Source: Tubiluchus corallicola (lineage: Eukaryota > Animalia > Priapulida). From it: a stretch of 64,000 nt of DNA. Below, one piece after another: positions 63,301 through 64,000 of this stretch. The notes beneath the pieces are model-generated. The model had not been told where the DNA came from, made no database searches, and saw only the letters and a list, made by a program, of their open reading frames with translations. Within the stretch, counting starts at the first letter, position 1. The number at the start of each line of letters is the position of its first letter. The position numbers and the translations under genes were made by a program. The stretch is from assembly GCA_030141605.1 (NCBI GenBank), contig JAQGDQ010000299.1, positions 75,837 to 139,836 on the forward strand, given 5' to 3'.

Positions 63301-63718
63301 AGTGAGTATGGAATCCAGGAAGTCACAAACCTTTCACTGACCAACCTCAATGAGGCTTGACTTCAATCATGAAGCACTGCGTATGACATTATAAACAATG
63401 CTAGAATGTTTGTAAGTAATGCGTTACAGCATAAAAGGAAACCAACCCATTCACGTGAATAAAGTATCTGAACGACTTTGCTATTTGGCCTTGCACCATT
63501 TTGAACAGCAACAGTATTTTTGTAACTGATAGCTAATTTCGATTACAGCAGTTTCTGTTTTTCTTGCCAGTTTCTGAACCGCATGTATTTTCAGGTGAAC
63601 ATATAGATTACTGCGGTTATGGAGTTCTACCTATGGCTCTGGAACAAGATATTGTCATTGTAGCAAGTACTAATGATTCACACTCACTAGAATTGCACAA
63701 TTCAAGCTCAGAATACAG
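60396..63718 (+). CDS. GALK2: N-acetylgalactosamine kinase (GHMP galactokinase family), 3'-partial; exons 60396-60451, 62931-63019, 63595-63718
   Basis: Spliced product [19 protein letters not shown]|[30 protein letters not shown]|[20 protein letters not shown]. The [26 protein letters not shown] string is GALK2-type, whereas GALK1 has GRVNLIGEHTDYNQG. Phases 2,1,2 are consistent. The gene continues past the window end. Confidence 0.9.
60971..61785 (+). mobile_element. 5'-truncated LINE end (CR1/L2 group) with an (AAGT)n tail, in GALK2 intron 1
   Basis: CIYMCK...LFPTFF...[21 protein letters not shown]...SLSTFKK, followed by a 3' UTR ending in AAGTAAGTAAGT. Confidence 0.65.
62610..62747 (-). 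mobile_element. Short LINE ORF2 C-terminal remnant
   Basis: HPLHNLLP...[10 protein letters not shown] pattern. Confidence 0.45.
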
Positions 63719-64000
63719 GTATTAAAAATGCAAAAGATGCTTGGTGCTTAAATGCATTTAGTGCCTTACTTTAAAATGAATTTATTTATACAGTAAGTTC
63801 TTATTTAATGGTGTTCCATTTGGCGACAATTCGTTCTGATGAAGATAAAATCACTTTTTCATGAAGCGGTAACTTTTGACCTTAGTTTGCATTTAGAGCA
63901 AGGATGTTGTGAAAAATGCTCATTTCTTCAGAAGTTTGTGGGAGAAACATCGGCCTGATTCTTAATTTGTTGATTAGAATTAAACAAATGCGTGGGAATG

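Overview
AT-rich, intron-rich animal (probably invertebrate) nuclear DNA; it is not prokaryotic, and most listed ORFs are repeat artefacts. Manual splicing with consistent exon phases recovers five genes. (1) BRAT1 on the minus strand, 8 coding exons, running off the left edge. (2) A complete 15-exon GH20 hexosaminidase D (HEXD/HEXDC-like) on the minus strand, 529 aa with an N-terminal membrane anchor. (3, 4) Two secreted 157-aa C-type lectin genes on the plus strand, nested in HEXD intron 10 as a ~4.5 kb tandem duplication. (5) The first three coding exons of GalNAc kinase GALK2 on the plus strand, head-to-head with HEXD. Introns hold many MITEs (Tc1/mariner, hAT, piggyBac, Harbinger types), a decayed Harbinger transposon, a solo LTR, LINE ends and microsatellites. 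Main points of interest: the lectin copies are nearly identical except in the ligand-binding exon; the HEXD / lectin / GALK2 neighbourhood may be a GalNAc-related cluster; a 3 kb array is built from ~50 copies of a BRAT1 3' splice site; and a HEXD splice donor is duplicated in frame. All homology calls come from recalled motifs, not database searches.
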